Source of the DNA: the human T2T-CHM13v2.0 reference genome, Homo sapiens
Assembly (NCBI RefSeq): GCF_009914755.1
Contig: NC_060925.1
Strand: one strand, 5' to 3'
Length of the DNA: 64,000 bases
This document shows positions 43,431 through 57,725 of the stretch, one piece after another. How positions within the stretch are numbered: position 1 is the stretch's first letter; every line of letters begins with the position of its first letter. The notes beneath the pieces are model-generated. The model was not told the DNA's origin. It saw nothing but the letters and a program-made list of their open reading frames with translations, and searched no databases. Made by a program: the position numbers and the translations under genes.

Positions 43431-46400
43431 CAGAATGAAATTCTAAAAGTTGCTTTTTTAGTTCACAAATGTGATTGAAAACCAAGGGCCTATTCCTGGA
43501 ATTCAGTGACTTCCTCTATGAAGTATCAGATGTTGTCATTCGAAACTGGCTTCAATGACTGTTTACTGAGTTTTTCTTCTGCTAGTGGTGCTGGCACATG
43601 AACAGTTAACTGCTTGACTTTACAGACACGCACAGGGAAGCTTAGCTGCCAAGTGTGAGCTGAGAGTAGAAGAGCAGCATTTGATCTAAATGAAAAACCA
43701 TGCTCTGACCTTCTGGTGCCACACACTGCATGCCCTTGTCTTCAGCAAAGCCTTCGACCACCGTCTTTGGAAGTAGATGCGGCTGTTTCTCTAGCAGATG
43801 ATGATTCTTTGGCTTTTCTGAGGTCAAAATAATGCCAATATGTATTTTGTGCAAGCTGCACCTTTGTCATCAATATTAATGGCCAGTGGAAATTCTGTGC
43901 TTTTTCGTTAAACACGTACTTCCATTATTTTAGCTCATTGCTATCAAATGAGTTTATTAAAAAATTTTAAAAGCATTAGCAAGCAAGAAAATAAATAACT
44001 TATTGTATGTTCATCCCACAAAACAATGATGATCACCTGTAGCAAGAGTGCGCAGCAGCTCCCTGTCTGTGTTTAGGGTTACCCAGCCTCTATTTCTTCA
44101 TTGCATTTCACACGTTTGCCCTGTAATGTCCAACGGACCCCAAGACTGGTATCTGGTGGCTTTGACGTCTTTCAGGTGTGGCGTGGGCCATAGCAGAGTT
44201 GTCCACCCAGTGTTGGCCACAGTGGGCAGGGGGCAGTAACGTGGGACATTTCTGCCTTCTTGCTTGGGGCCAGAAAGAGGTAGTTCTACCTGGGTTGATG
44301 TCTGAGTAGCTTCCTCCGTGGTGCCCAGGTACAGTCCTGGATAGGGAGGCATGGCTGTTGGGTCTGGAAAGAGCTGAAAACAAGCTTAACTGGTCCTTGC
44401 CAGTGGTCTGGAACCACAGGTTAAATTAAAAACTGCTCACTCACATGTCTCATTCACTAGTGGACAAGATCATTGCCGAAACCAGGGGTCAAGGTAGAGT
44501 CTACCAGACCATGTCCTGCTTATTTTAATATGAATGTTCACAGTAAACTTGTTTAGAAAATGAAAAATCTGACACACATGCCAAACTGACCAGGTGCCGG
44601 GGCAACAGGTCACCAGATGATGGTCACCCTACAGGGATGACCGACTAACACTGCCCAGGGGTGTCCCATCTTCCATGAGCCCCAGGAACAGAGAGCTGAC
44701 ACTCCCCTCATCCAGCCACTCCATACGGGGTAGCTGACCCAGCACCACCTGGGGGCCGCCGCGACTGCACTTACAAACCATCTTCAGCCTGGGCCTCAAC
44801 AGACATGCCTGAACCCTTACCAGACCCACTGAGTTAGAATCTGTCATGGCAGGAACTCATGAAGATGCATTCCAACAAGTGAGTCCCACGCAGGTGAGCA
44901 GCAAACCAGTGCTTCCAGACTCCAAAGCGGATTCTCCTTCCACCCGCCCTGTTCCGAGGGACACACATGCACAGTCACCTGGTTTGCTTTCCTCCCCACC
45001 TCCTGTCCCCAGCTTTGCCCCCACACCACCTATTTCTACAGAGACCATAGCTGTACATGGCTCCTCCAGATTCTGTGAGTGGCCCTGGCCCATGCGTCCT
45101 TCAGGAGAGCCTTTCAGCCCGGTCCTGGCAGAGATGCCCTCCCACAGTGGCTTTGCCTAGGGAGCCGGGCTGGACGCCGTGAGTAAGCGTCCTTCTGTCA
45201 CTCTCACTTGCACGAATGCTGCTTCTCTAGGCCAATGGGAAAAGACAGGGAATAATGTCCATGAGAACCAACTCCTCATAGTGCTGCGAGCTTCACCTCC
45301 ACCATCGGGGCAAATTTTCCCCATATCCCTGCAACAAGGTGCACCCACGAGGCAGAAAACCAAGCCAATCTCCCTAAAAAAAAAGAGAGAGAGAAAATCC
45401 ACCTGCCAGAGTGCCTGGTGGTCTGGGGTGCAGCCGGCCCCTGATAGGGGCCAAACCTCCTTGAGCCCAAACCCCACAGCCAGGGCTCTCCCTCTCGCTT
45501 GCCTCCTCTCCGTGGGATCTTCACTCTTCTCAGCCTCTGCATGGGCTGGCGAGATTGCCATAGGCAGGCCAGGATTGCCGTCTGCTCCCTGTGCCAGCTT
45601 TCCTCAGTTTAACCCCAAATCACAGAGACTTGACAAAATAGAGTTTATTTTCTGCTTGTGTCTGGTCCTGTCTAGGAGTTACTGTTCCAGGGTTTTCCAA
45701 GACATTGATCCATGGGCCCACACTCCTTCCATGTGTGGCTTTTCCCAAGGTCACCCAGAAGGCCATCTCCATCCCTGCCACCAAAACAGAAAAGCCCATG
45801 GGGGTGTCCTCTGAGAGGGTTTGGTTGGCCAGGCCCGGAGGTGGAATCCACTGCTTCTGCCCAGTGTCCAGCTGCTGGCAGATGCATGGCCATGGCTGAT
45901 GGGAAGGGGGAGCAGGAAATCAGAAGGAAGGGGAAGAGGGCCACTGCACCTGTAGAAGCATCCCCCACAGCTCTCATCCCCAAGGTCTGTATCACAGCCA
46001 GAGACTCCGACAGGCCCTGCTTTGGTGACACCTCCTCCCTGCTGCAGGGGAGGGGCGGCTGTGAAGCAGATTCCCTGTGCACTGGTTACCGACGTGTCTG
46101 AGCCTGGTGAGATAGAACACTCACACAGGTTACATGAAGCAGCTCAACACCTCCTAGATGGGCATCGAGAGGCAGCAGAGCTGAAAGTTCATGGCCAGCT
46201 GGTTCCCCAAGGCTCACGAAAGCTGCCCAGCCTGGCTCGGGCCCCACCTGCACCGCAGCTGAAGGACCCTAGAAAGTAGCCCGCCCTGGGTTTCATACCT
46301 TAGGGCCACAGGCCCCACTGAGCTAAAGGACATCTCTTTCTGGGGGACGGTGGGCCTGGAATAGAGCCTGGGCTATTCCAGCCAGTTCATCCCTATCTCA

Positions 46401-49400
46401 GGGTGTTACTTTCTGGCACATTCTACAAGAGAGAACTACAAGTGAGAAATTGGGGAGGCTTCCCTGTGAGCCAGCCTGCAGCTGCCAGGGTGAAATGGGG
46501 CAGCTAATGGACACTCTTGCAAGAACCCACAGAGAGGAAGGCCATGGCTCTCGCAGGGAGGGACGCTGTACAAACACCATGCTTACCAGGGCAGGTAACA
46601 TCCCCCCACTCCTACCCCTGACTCCCACGCCGTTTCTTGCAAATTGAAACCCAGAGGCCCTCACTAACTCAGCCCAGGCCACGCAGCTACTATGTGCAGA
46701 GTGGAGGCTGGAACCTGGATGTGTCTGACTCCAGAATCCACGTCCAGGTGACCACTGGGTGCCACCTGCATTTGCCTTCATGTGGCTCACTCTGAGGTGG
46801 CTCCAGGCCTGGGCTGGGCAGCAGAGACTGGGGCCTGGGGTATCTTTAAAGCTTTGCTGCAGCCCGTGGTCCTCCACAGTGAGTGGCATCTCCACCACCT
46901 GTCTCATGCCTCCCGAGGAGTGACAGACAAGTCTGGGCTGCAGCTCCATCCAAGCTCTTTCCTGCACTCACAGAGTGCCCGAGTCTCCCTGGAGATGAAG
47001 GCTCTGGGTGTGAAATATCTCTGCTGCCTCCAGGAGAAGGCCATGTCCCCACATCTACAGGGAGCAGCCACCAACACGGTATTAACTCTCACTTATAACC
47101 AAAAATAAATCAATACCTCCCTGAGGCACATCACACACAGACACGCGGCGAGAGAGGATGTGGGGCAATTTGTCCAAATTATAAACAGGAAGGCTTTTCA
47201 GAGGATCTATCGCAATTAATGCCAATGCCTTAATTCCAAAGGTTTTCTGACAGGAGGAGCTGCAAACCCGGAGCAAACCTGCCCCTCCCTCCCCTCGACG
47301 GTGATTGGGTCTGTAACGAGCTAATAAATGGCACTGTCTTCCAGGAGCCACCTGCATTCATTCCCCAATTATGCTTTTATTGAGCACCTACCGTGGCCCG
47401 TGGAGCTGAGCATGTGGTCAGTGTCTCCTGGGCCTGCCCAGGTGGATCCAAGAGTGAACAGAAGGGTAGGGCCTGACTCCAAGGAGCTGGGATCAAGCAG
47501 CGCTTCTGGGGTTTTCCACCAATGGGCTCCCACTCCCCTGAAGCCCTGTTTGCAGCCTGGGCAGATTCCATTCTTTCATTCGGCCAAGGTTCCCTCAACC
47601 CTTGTGTTCTAGGCACTGTGCTTCTTGGTGCATGTTTTGAAGTCTGAATGAGACCTCAGACTTGCCACTCATGCAGAGGGACCACAGCAGATAATTATAA
47701 CATGAAGTGCCGAGAACATGCTGAGATCTGTGCAGGGCTGGGGGATCCTTAACCTGGCCAAGAGGTGGCTGGCCAAGGAGAGATTCCTGGAGCAAGAGAC
47801 GGCACACCTGTGCTGAGGCAGCTGGGAGCTGGGGCCAGGCGGAGGGCTGGGTGCAGGCAAGTAGGAGCCGCAGGTTCTATGCTGCCGGGGCCCGAGGAGG
47901 AGGTGGGAGGTGGAAGGGGCGGGTGGGCAAGGTGAGCCCTTGGACCTGGGGATGGCAGTCCCAGCATGCATCACCAAGGTGGGCAATGTTTGTGGAGTGC
48001 GAAGAGCCTGGCCTGTAGATGCAAGCACGATGGAGCAGATGTGGGCCCTGCCCTGCCCTCTGGGAGGAAGTGTCCAGAAGAGACAAAACAGACATGAGCA
48101 CAGCAACCCAGCTCCTTGGTGTGGACAACTTGCGGTACGTGCCGTGGTGGTCAGGAGCCGGTGTGGGCAGGCACACTAGAGCCGATTGTTGGGTGTTCAG
48201 GAATTTTGTGAACAGGTTGTTACACAGATAGTGGCTTAAATTGGCCCAGCTGGGAGCATTTACACCATGAGGATTGGCAGAGACTCCGTATCAGATTTTT
48301 TTTTTCCTGTAAGTAAGCTTGCAGTGCACTAAGACAAGGAAGGGCAGGCCAGGTGTGGAGTGCAGCAGCCAGGTGCAGTTTGCTCAGCAAGTCTCAGGGT
48401 GAGGGCAGGGGATGGACAGGGGACTGGGCATGGAGAGGCTGGCCTGGACAGCTCCTGGGGGAGCAGCAGCCTCCGCCTCGCCTTTGCCAGCGGCCCCAGG
48501 TGCAGGGCTGCAGGGACCGAGGTACAGGCAAACTGCAGGCTGCTGGGATACAGCTGGGAGAAGCTCCCTCTGGGGTTTCCTCTGTGGGAACAGAGGGCGA
48601 GTGACCCCACAGAGGAGCCCAGGGCTGTGCTGGGGGACAGCTGAGCTCTGACAGGTGTCTCAACTCCAAATGTAAAGACCAGACCTTCTCACCACCCACA
48701 AAGACATAAAAACAGTCCAAAACTGACTGAAAAACAGAGCAGCTCTTTGTCTCCAACTTCTAAGCACAGAGTTTGAGATGTTCCAGTGCAGGGGACTGGC
48801 CAGCTGTCCCAAGCCAGGAGACTCTTGGCATGGGCTCTACAGAAACAAGTGACCCATGGCCAGAACTGGTCCCCACCCAAGGGCGGAGGCTTCCTTAACT
48901 ACTGAGCAACAGGCTTCCAGGGATCCCTCAGCGCCTCCTTCCTGAGACTCCGAGCATCCAGAAGGGTTTTCTTTATTGTGCCCCTTTAAATTAAAATCTC
49001 TCCATTTTGTGGAATTGTCAGCTGCTGGAGGAAATAAAACTGTTCATCGGCTTAATCATTTACATATGACACTTTAATATGGGCGGTAACGTGCAAAGGA
49101 GGAAAAGCTGCCCCACTTCCAGCGCAGATGGATCACTGGAATCATTACCCCGAATAACTTTTAATTCGAGGGTTTCATGTACCAGGCCCGCTCTGCATTG
49201 ATAAAAAGCAAAGGCAGAGAACAAGGGCTGCAGGTGTGGGGGTGAGGCCTTCCAAAAAGGACCAGCGGGGGCAGCCTCTGCAGGCAGGGAGCTGAGCCTG
49301 CACTACAGAGCGAGAGCCAGTGTGGACAACATCGGCAGGAAAGCCATCCCTGCAACAGCAAGGACCCGCTGTCTCGTCCGACTCATGCACAGGCATTCAG

Positions 49401-49589
49401 TTTGCCACCAGGCTGCCCAGGGCTGCTGCTGGAGGCCCTGCTCACCAGTGGAGCGAGGCAGAATGAGAGGTGGTGACAGGTCCCTATCCCCAGGCAGATA
49501 GCAAACCAGAGGACCAGAGCCTGATGTCCGGCATCAGATGTAGACTCCGCTTCATTTTCTTGTGTCAGTTACTAGCTGTGTGACCCAGG

Positions 49590-50005
49590 TAGAGTGGCCG
49601 GATTTAGCAGATAGAGGCAGGTGCCCAGTTCCATCTGAATTGCAGATAAACGAGCTTGTGTTAGTGTAAGTATAGCCCTTGCTGTATTTGAGCTATTCTT
49701 CAGCTTAGATTTATATTTATTCCCTCTGCCACCCCTGCCACTTGCTCTCCGGGACTCCCCCACACAGTCCTCTGCTCTCAGGTCCGTGCAGCTCCCCCAG
49801 GTCACCTACCTAGCCCAGGCTGGAATGATGGGTACTAGATAGGTTCTAGACTTCCTGTCTAGATAAAACGGGCAGACTAGACCTTGGAATCTAGAACCCA
49901 TTATTCTGAGTTTCTGGACAGATTAGGAGACAGGCACCATTCATTCATTCATTCATCTGAAATTTAAATTACACTGGACATCCTGTATTTCATCTTGCAG
50001 CGCTA
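49590..50005. mobile_element. MER53-like palindromic MITE inside a MIR, split by a ~250-bp insertion
   Basis: Left half: tagagtggccggatttagcaga...cccagtt...tgaattgcagataaac. Right half: atctgaaatttaaattacactggacatcctgtatttcatcttgcagcgcta. Flanks gacccagg/gacccggg, with MIR-like sequence on both sides. Confidence 0.65.
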
Positions 50006-50929
50006 AGACCCGGGCAGGTCTTAACTTCTCGCAGCCTGAGTTTGCTCTTCCCTAAAATGAGAAACAATATCCACCCTGGGAGGCAAGATGATTCCGGATA
50101 AGTAGCGTGAGCACACGGCCCAGCACAGACCTTCCTCCTCTTGAGGTGAGCAAGTGTTGCTTGTCCTTTCCGGCCTCCCCAGATACACAGGAACCAAACA
50201 GAAAGTCCTGCCAGACGGCCGCCCAGGGCCAGGTACAGGATAGCGACGGGTGGTGTCCGTTTGCTAAGGCCATGGGGCCAGGCTGACCAGGACTCTGCTT
50301 TGGGAGGAAGGCGAAGGGCTAGATGTGAGCCACGCAGCAAAAATGCAGGTTCTGAAAGAAAGGTCGGGTCAAGGAACAGTCTAAAATCTGAGTCCGGAGA
50401 AGAAAAGGCTGCTGGTGGCCAGGATGGAAGTGGAGGAAGGGAGCTACATTTGGGATGGTTTTGCTTTCGGATGTGGAGTGGGGAGGAACAAGGCCCTGGG
50501 GGAGGGGGAGGGGCCTTCCAGGCAGAGAGGCAGCCTGGGTTGGGTGGGTGCCATGGGGGAGATGCACAGAGCTGAGAGCAGAGAACTGTGCGGGCAGTCC
50601 CGGGGCAGCTAGGGTTAGGGGTGGAGGAGGGGCCAGGCCAGGTAGCCTGGCCAAGGAGGACGTGGGGTTCACCCCATGGGAAGGAAAACTTCGTGTCCCA
50701 GGAGGCTGAGGATGGGCTGCCTTGTGGACGCTGCAGCGAGCAGAGTTCTCAGATGGCCCCGTGGGCATGTCCACCCTCACATACGTTTGGATCTGTGATT
50801 TGCTCCAAGCCAGTAGCCTATGGCAAAGGGGCAGGGCTTTTGTAAGCATCATTAAAGTCCCTAATCATTTGATGTTGAGTTCCTCCAAAAGGCTGTTCCC
50901 CTGGGTGGGCCCGCCCTAATCAGGTGAGG

Positions 50930-51223
50930 GCCCTCCGGGGCCAGAGTCCCAGGCTCTCTCTTCTGCTGGCCTTGAGGAAGGAAGCCACCATGAGCTCCAC
51001 AGTGGCAAGGAACTTGATTCTGCCAGCAACCCTAGGAGCTTGGAAGAGGACCCTGAGCTCAGATGAGACCTCGGCCCCTGCTGACTCTTTGATGGACTCT
51101 GTGAGACCCACTTGAAGGACCCAGCCTGGCTCCTGACCCCCAGCAGCTGTGAGATAATGAATGGGTGTGGCTTAAGCCTCTAAATCTGTAGTGATTTGTT
51201 TCACACCATAGACAGCTGGCTCA
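50930..51223 (+). mobile_element. MaLR LTR fragment (MLT1-type)
   Basis: gcaaggaacttgattctgccagcaacc...gcttggaagagga...ctgtgagataatgaatgggtgt...ttaagcc. Confidence 0.75.
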
Positions 51224-52614
51224 GACACCCATGTCCTGTCCCTGCAGGAGCTCGGGGTGCCCATCCCACAGGTGTGCCGCACAGGGACTTCCTGTCTAGG
51301 TAAAAGGTCAGACTAGACCTTGGAATCTAGAAATCATTATTCGGAGTTTCTGAACAGATTAGGAGATGGGTATCATTCATTCATTCATTCATTCATTGCA
51401 ACACATTTTGTGCAAGGCACAGGTTGAAGCAAAGCAGAGTTGGCGCCTGCCCACAGGAGCTGAGACGCAGGTGGACAAGGTCAGATATTCACACATTGAC
51501 ATGTGTCAGCCGGACTATGCTGCAAAACTGAGGCTTTTGGTGCAGGGAGACCACTTGGTGGCAATGCGGGGGACAGAGGGTTAGACCAGGCCAGGAAAGT
51601 GGAGGGCACCTTTCTGGAAACACAAGCTGGTTGAGAAATATCAGTGTCACCTCCAGGTGCTCATGATATTTGTAACCCACACAGATCCAAACTCAGGACC
51701 TAGGTTTGGTGTGCTGGCTCAGAAGGCACAGATGTGCACCTGCCCTCAGCGCAACCCAGGTGTGGACAGGTCTGGGCCTGGGCTTCCGAGCTCTCCCCTC
51801 GCCTCGACTGGGTGCACCTTGGCGGTGTGGCTTCCAGAGCCTTCCCAAAGGTCTCCTCTCACTTCTGCTCCCATGTGGGAGTTGGAGGCCCCACCCAGCA
51901 CAACGGTTCTCACTGTGGGCTCAGATGAGAAAGGAAAGTGGAAGAGAATCAAGAAAGAAATTAGGGTGTGGAAGCGATTATCTTTCCCTCTGATTTAAAG
52001 GGGCTGCAGGGCTGGCCTGCTTGGCTGGCCACAGTGCCAGCATCTGTCTGTTTGTTTTTTAATAACAGTACAGACTAAGCTGGGGCCATGAGATGCATCT
52101 GAGGTCCCTTACCTAGAGCTGTGGCCACACCCTCGTCCTCTGTCCCAGAGAAGGACCTAATATCCATTTGGGGAAGAGGAAAGGTTCTCTTGCCATCCTG
52201 AGTTTTGTTCCTAAACAAGGTGCTGTACTTTCTTGCTCTCTGCACAGCAGGAAATTTGCATTTTTAATGCCCAGTGCGCATGTATTGACTGAAATTACAC
52301 CAATTTGCATTTTTGAGGTGGTCAACCAGTGCAGCTGACTTTCTCACATTTGATAGAAAACTCAAAGCCATAACAACTAATAGCAAAGGACCCGGAACGT
52401 GAAAGCGGTTGTTCAGCTACCTCAGTTCTCGAGCCCTTCTTGGGGTGGGAGAGCTGAGGACAACCAGCACGGTCAGACCCAGCCAAGCAGGTCAGCACTT
52501 GGGGCCTGCAGTGAATTGCTGGGCCTGCGAGACCCCAGGGTTACCCCTCCAGGATGGAAAAGTCTACTCAGAGCTAGGCAAACTGCAAAGTTTAGGGGAC
52601 CTGGTCTCATGCAG

Positions 52615-52980
52615 GTGACCATTAACTGCACTTCTGACATGGACTGCAAAGCTTGGGGGATTTCCCCAAACATCCTGAGGTTTCCTAACTTGCTAGAAAG
52701 ACTCAGTGTCCACTGAAAGCTGTTCTACTCATAGCCATGGTTTATCACAGGAAAGGACACAGATCAAGTCAACCCAAGGAGGAAACGGGGCTGGGGCCGG
52801 GGACTCCAGACCTGAGGCTGCCGGTGTCCTCTCCCTGTGGAGTCAGGATGTGTCACATTCTTGGCATCGAGGTGTCACAAGAGGCATGGAGCACCACCAA
52901 GCTGGTGAGCTCCCCTGAGTCCCAGTGTCCGGGGCTTCATCGGGGCTCCATTCCGTGTGCAAGACTGATTGATGATTGAG
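52615..52980. mobile_element. Old LTR fragment (MER21-like)
   Basis: cacttctgacatggactgcaa...ttgctagaaagactca...ctgaaagctgtt...atggtttatcacag resembles a recalled consensus. Confidence 0.5.
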
Positions 52981-53577
52981 CCACGGGGCTGGTCTTTCTG
53001 GCATGGTCAACCCCACCTGAAGATCTGGCACCGCCACAGTCTCAACAAAGCCCCTCCCAGAAGCCGAGGACAAGGGCAGACCTCTCTGCAGGCCAGGCCA
53101 CATTCTTTACTACATGGGGAGCTCTGCTGGACCCCCCACTCCCAAGGCCAGACCATACCCTTGGAGCTCTCTCTCACCACCCAGGCTAGGAGGGGGTTGG
53201 GGCAATCCAAGAAAGAGCTTTGTGCAGTCAGGGGCGGGGCTCTGGGCTGGGGGTCATGGGATGACATCTGGTGCTGGACCATAAGAAGAACAAAAGCACC
53301 TGAACCAGGACAGGGGGTGGAGCCAGTCGCTCTGGGCACAGCCTCAGACTGTGCTGCTGACTGCACACTAGCCTTGGCTCTCGCTGACTTTTCAGACCTC
53401 CACGGCCCTGGGCTGGCCCCTCCTCACCCATCAAGCCTCTGCTCAGAGGTCACCCCCTCCAACCCAGTAAAGATTTTAAAGTATCCACGTGCACCCTCCT
53501 CTTCTGCTTGCTCTCCAGCTCATGACCCTGTTTTCTTTCATCCACAGACTGTTGGTGGGGGTCGGGGAATGAGGTAT

Positions 53578-54055
53578 TTGTGTCCTATGACTGCTGTATC
53601 AAAATTGGGGTCTCCATAAACTTAGAGACTCAACATGGCACAAATGTATTCTTACATTTCTAGAGGCCAGAAGTCCCAGAATTCTGGTGTCAGCAGCACT
53701 GGCTCCTGGAGGGTCCAGAGGAGCCTCCTTCTCTTTACCTTTCCCAGCTGCCAGAGGCCGCCGGCAATCCTTGGCCCATGGCCCCCTCCTCCGTCTTCAA
53801 AGCCAGCAGTCCAGCATCTTTCCTTCTCTCCCTCACCGCTGCTTCCTCCTTCTGTCTCCCCCTCTGCCTCTGACCCTCCCGTCTGCCTCTTACAAAGACC
53901 TCTGTGATGGCATCACTCCCCACAACCCTGACTACTCCAGGATAAATCCACACCTCAAGATCCTTACATTAATCCCACCCAAAAAGGCCCTATGCCATGT
54001 GAGGCTCTGGGATGAGGACGTGGACATCTTTGGGGGACATTTTTCATGCTGCCAC
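53578..54055 (-). mobile_element. MaLR LTR (MLT1-type)
   Basis: aaatgtattcttacatttctagaggccagaagtcc...cttcaaagccagca...ctcaagatccttac...ggacgtggacatctttggggg. Confidence 0.8.
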
Positions 54056-54213
54056 ATGAGGAGATGATCTCTGTATGATCCGTAGCTATGCCAAACCCTA
54101 CAATGCCTGCACTATGACTGAGTGTCTACGCGCCTGTTCTCACACCAGACCAGACATTTCCTGAAGGCAGGGACTCACTCATGCTGTGCCTCGGTTCCTA
54201 AGTGCCTGGCAAG

Positions 54214-55276
54214 CAGCCCACAGCCCATAGCATGCAGCCCACAGCCCCATGACCCATGGCCCACAGCCCACAGCACACAGGACACAGCACACAGGACACA
54301 GCCCACAGCCCACAGCACACAGGACACAGCACACAGCACACAGGACACAGCCCACAGCCCACAGCCCACAGCCCACAGGACACAGCACACAGGACACAGC
54401 CCACAGCCCACAGCACACAGCACACAGCACACAGCACACAGGACACAGCACACAGCACACAGCCCACAGCCCACAGGACACAGCCCACAGCCCACAGCCC
54501 ACAGCCCACAGCACACAGCACACAGGACACAGCACACAGGACACAGCCCACAGCCCACAGCCCACAGGACACAGCACACAGGACACAGCCCACAGCCCAC
54601 AGCCCACAGCACACAGGACACAGCCCACAGCCCACAGCCCACAGCACACAGCACACAGCACACAGCACACAGGACACAGGACACAGCACACAGGACACAG
54701 CACACAGGACACAGCCCACAGCCCACAGCCCACAGCCCACAGCACACAGCACACAGGACACAGCCCACAGCCCACAGCCCACAGCCCACAGCACACAGCA
54801 CACAGGACACAGCCCATAGCCCACAGCCCACAGCACACAGCACACAGGACACAGCCCACAGCCCACAGCCCACAGGACACAGCACATAGGACACAGCCCA
54901 CAGCCCACAGCACACAGCACACAGCACACAGCACACAGCCCACAGCCCACAGGACACAGCCCACAGCCCACAGCCCACAGCCCACAGCCCACAGCACACA
55001 GCACACAGCACACAGCACACAGGACACAGCACACAGCACACAGGACACAGCACACAGCACACAGCCCACAGCCCACAGGACACAGCCCACAGCCCACAGG
55101 ACACAGCACACAGGACACAGCCCACAGCCCACAGCACACAGCACACAGCACACAGGACACAGCCCACAGCCCACAGCACACAGCACACAGCACACAGGAC
55201 ACAGCACACAGCCCACAGCCCACAGCACACAGCACACAGGACACAGCACACAGCACACAGCCTACGGCCCACAGCA
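54214..55276. repeat. ~1.06-kb heptamer VNTR (ACAGCCC / ACAGCAC / ACAGGAC)
   Basis: In-phase 7-bp units of three main variants, about 150 units. Confidence 0.98.
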
Positions 55277-55554
55277 GGGGGTCCATCCTGATGCATGTGG
55301 TGAAGTAGTGGATTAATTCAGCTCACAGGGAGCTCACAGGCTGCATGCTGCCTGCCTGACCTGGAGAATGGTTCAGAGGGCAGGTGGGCTTGGGCCCCGG
55401 GTGCCCAGTGCGGCAGAGGGTGCAGAAGCATCCACACAGGAGCCCGCGCCGGGGGCCTGCACTTCGCTTGTCAGAGGCTGGACCTCAGTGCTGAGCAGTG
55501 CGGGCCAAGGAGTCCCATCTGTCAAAGAAACCCATGGTGGATGGTAGCTGAAGC

Positions 55555-55885
55555 GATAAAAACAGATGTTATTCAGGAACAATTACAATAGAAAGAGACC
55601 TAGGTATAGAACCGGGATCAACTCCAAACACGCCACAGGCAGTGGAGATTCACAGCCCAGGAGCAGGGCGGGGTCCACGGATGGAAAGTGACTAGGAGGA
55701 AACATCAGGGGCTGGGGGATTCAGGCTCGAGTCACCTAACAGGATTCTTGCTGAAGGTAGGCCGGGGTGGTCAGACTCCTCTGGGGGATGCTGGGGTATG
55801 AGGAACCTAATCAGATATTGGAGGTGGGGGTTTCAGGCCAAAACGACTTAGCAGGGCTCTTGGTAAAACTGGATTTCATAGGGAA
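55555..55885. mobile_element. Old LTR fragment (MER31/MER67-like)
   Basis: ggattcttgctgaagg...gaggaacctaatcagatat...gacttagcaggg...aaaactggattt resembles a recalled consensus. Confidence 0.45.
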
Positions 55886-57371
55886 GTGTGGGCATGGGCC
55901 TTGCTGGAGGCGGGGATCAGGAGCCTGCCTCAAGTTTGCTCAAGTGACGAATCTCTGTCATGTCAAAGTCCTGTTCGGAGTGGGAGGCTGCAGGAAGCCA
56001 GCAGTGCAGCCATGGAGCTGGTTCCCCACCTCTGTCCCTGCAGAGCTCTGCCTTCTCCCCAGCTCTCCTCCCACACGGATGCTGTCCCAGCTAGGAACCT
56101 GTGAACCACAAAGAACAACCAGCAACTTCCGATGCCGTCCACGGGTACCCGGGACCCTGGGATATGCTCAGGCCTTGGGGATGCCCAGCCCCTCGCCGCC
56201 TACTCACAGCAGGACTTGAGTGCCACTACATTCAGGCAGCATTGGACGTTTGGGGGTGCCACCCCCTCCAATCCCACCAGCCTCCTCTCAGCTTCCAGAA
56301 GGTGTGGCTTCATTGTTCATCCCTCACCCACATGACCTGTGCTGGGAAGAACCGTGGACATCAGTGGATGAGCTTGTGTTAGCTCAAAATAAACAACTGT
56401 TGCCACCTGCTTCCTGCGGCAGAGTCCTCCCACTGGGAACCCTGTCTGTCTGCATCCTCGGTCTCTTCTTGCGTGGAAGGTGGGCCTGCTTTGCTTCTGA
56501 GTGAGTCAGACATCCAGAGCTATTGTGCTTTGTCTCTAATTTGTTTTTAAAAGTCTCCAGAGCCCAAAATAGCATAATCTTCTTCAGGCACATAAAGGCA
56601 ATGTATGGGAACCTGCCTGTCTCTACAGTACCGACTTCAGAAAGGCTGAACCTCGTGAGATCCTGTCTGCAAGCCTGGGCCACTCCTCCCTGTTTGGACG
56701 TACAACACAGCCACTGCTGTGAATCCCCAACGTCCAAGATGAAAGGAAGCCCTTCCCCAAGAAGCGGAATGTGTCTTCTTGCTCACAAATACTAAACGGC
56801 ACACTGGGGCTTCTGCACTGGGTGGACCTGGACAGACTATAAAGGGGTTAACTGGTCATTTGCATAAGACTGGATGCCAGGAGGGCCAGTGACCTGACAG
56901 TTGGCGTATTGCAGGCTGTCTTCCCAGCCTGGTGAGCGCCTTAGGTTTGCTCACCGGGGAAATGAGTTTGCAGGACTGGGTTGCGGCACAGCACAGTGAT
57001 CACGTGCAGATGCTGTGTGACCTCAAGCTAGTGTCTAGGCTGCTCTGTGCCCTTGTGCCTCAACCTAGTGTTCAGTAACTGAAAACAGCAGTGGGACCAG
57101 GCAGTCTCCAGAGGACATGTGCAATCCCAAACCATGATTCTTTTACAGCTTTTCAGTATATGCCTATGTCTTTCCTCTTACATAGTTCATGTTTTCATAT
57201 GACTGGGTGACCCCACGGCAGAGCTGAGGCGCAGTAGTTTTTATGAAAGAAATGAATTCATATGTCAGCTAATAAATGGATAATATGAAGAACAAAGACA
57301 TCCTGCTGCTTCTTGACCTTTGAAGGTGACACCAGTGCACAGTCCTTACCCAATATCTTCCCTTGGTTTAA

Positions 57372-57725
<354 letters not shown>

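Noticed and set aside
54122-55316. Long ORFs of 187-373 aa on both strands
   Set aside because: They arise from a nearly stop-free 7-bp VNTR; there is no domain, codon bias or splice context.
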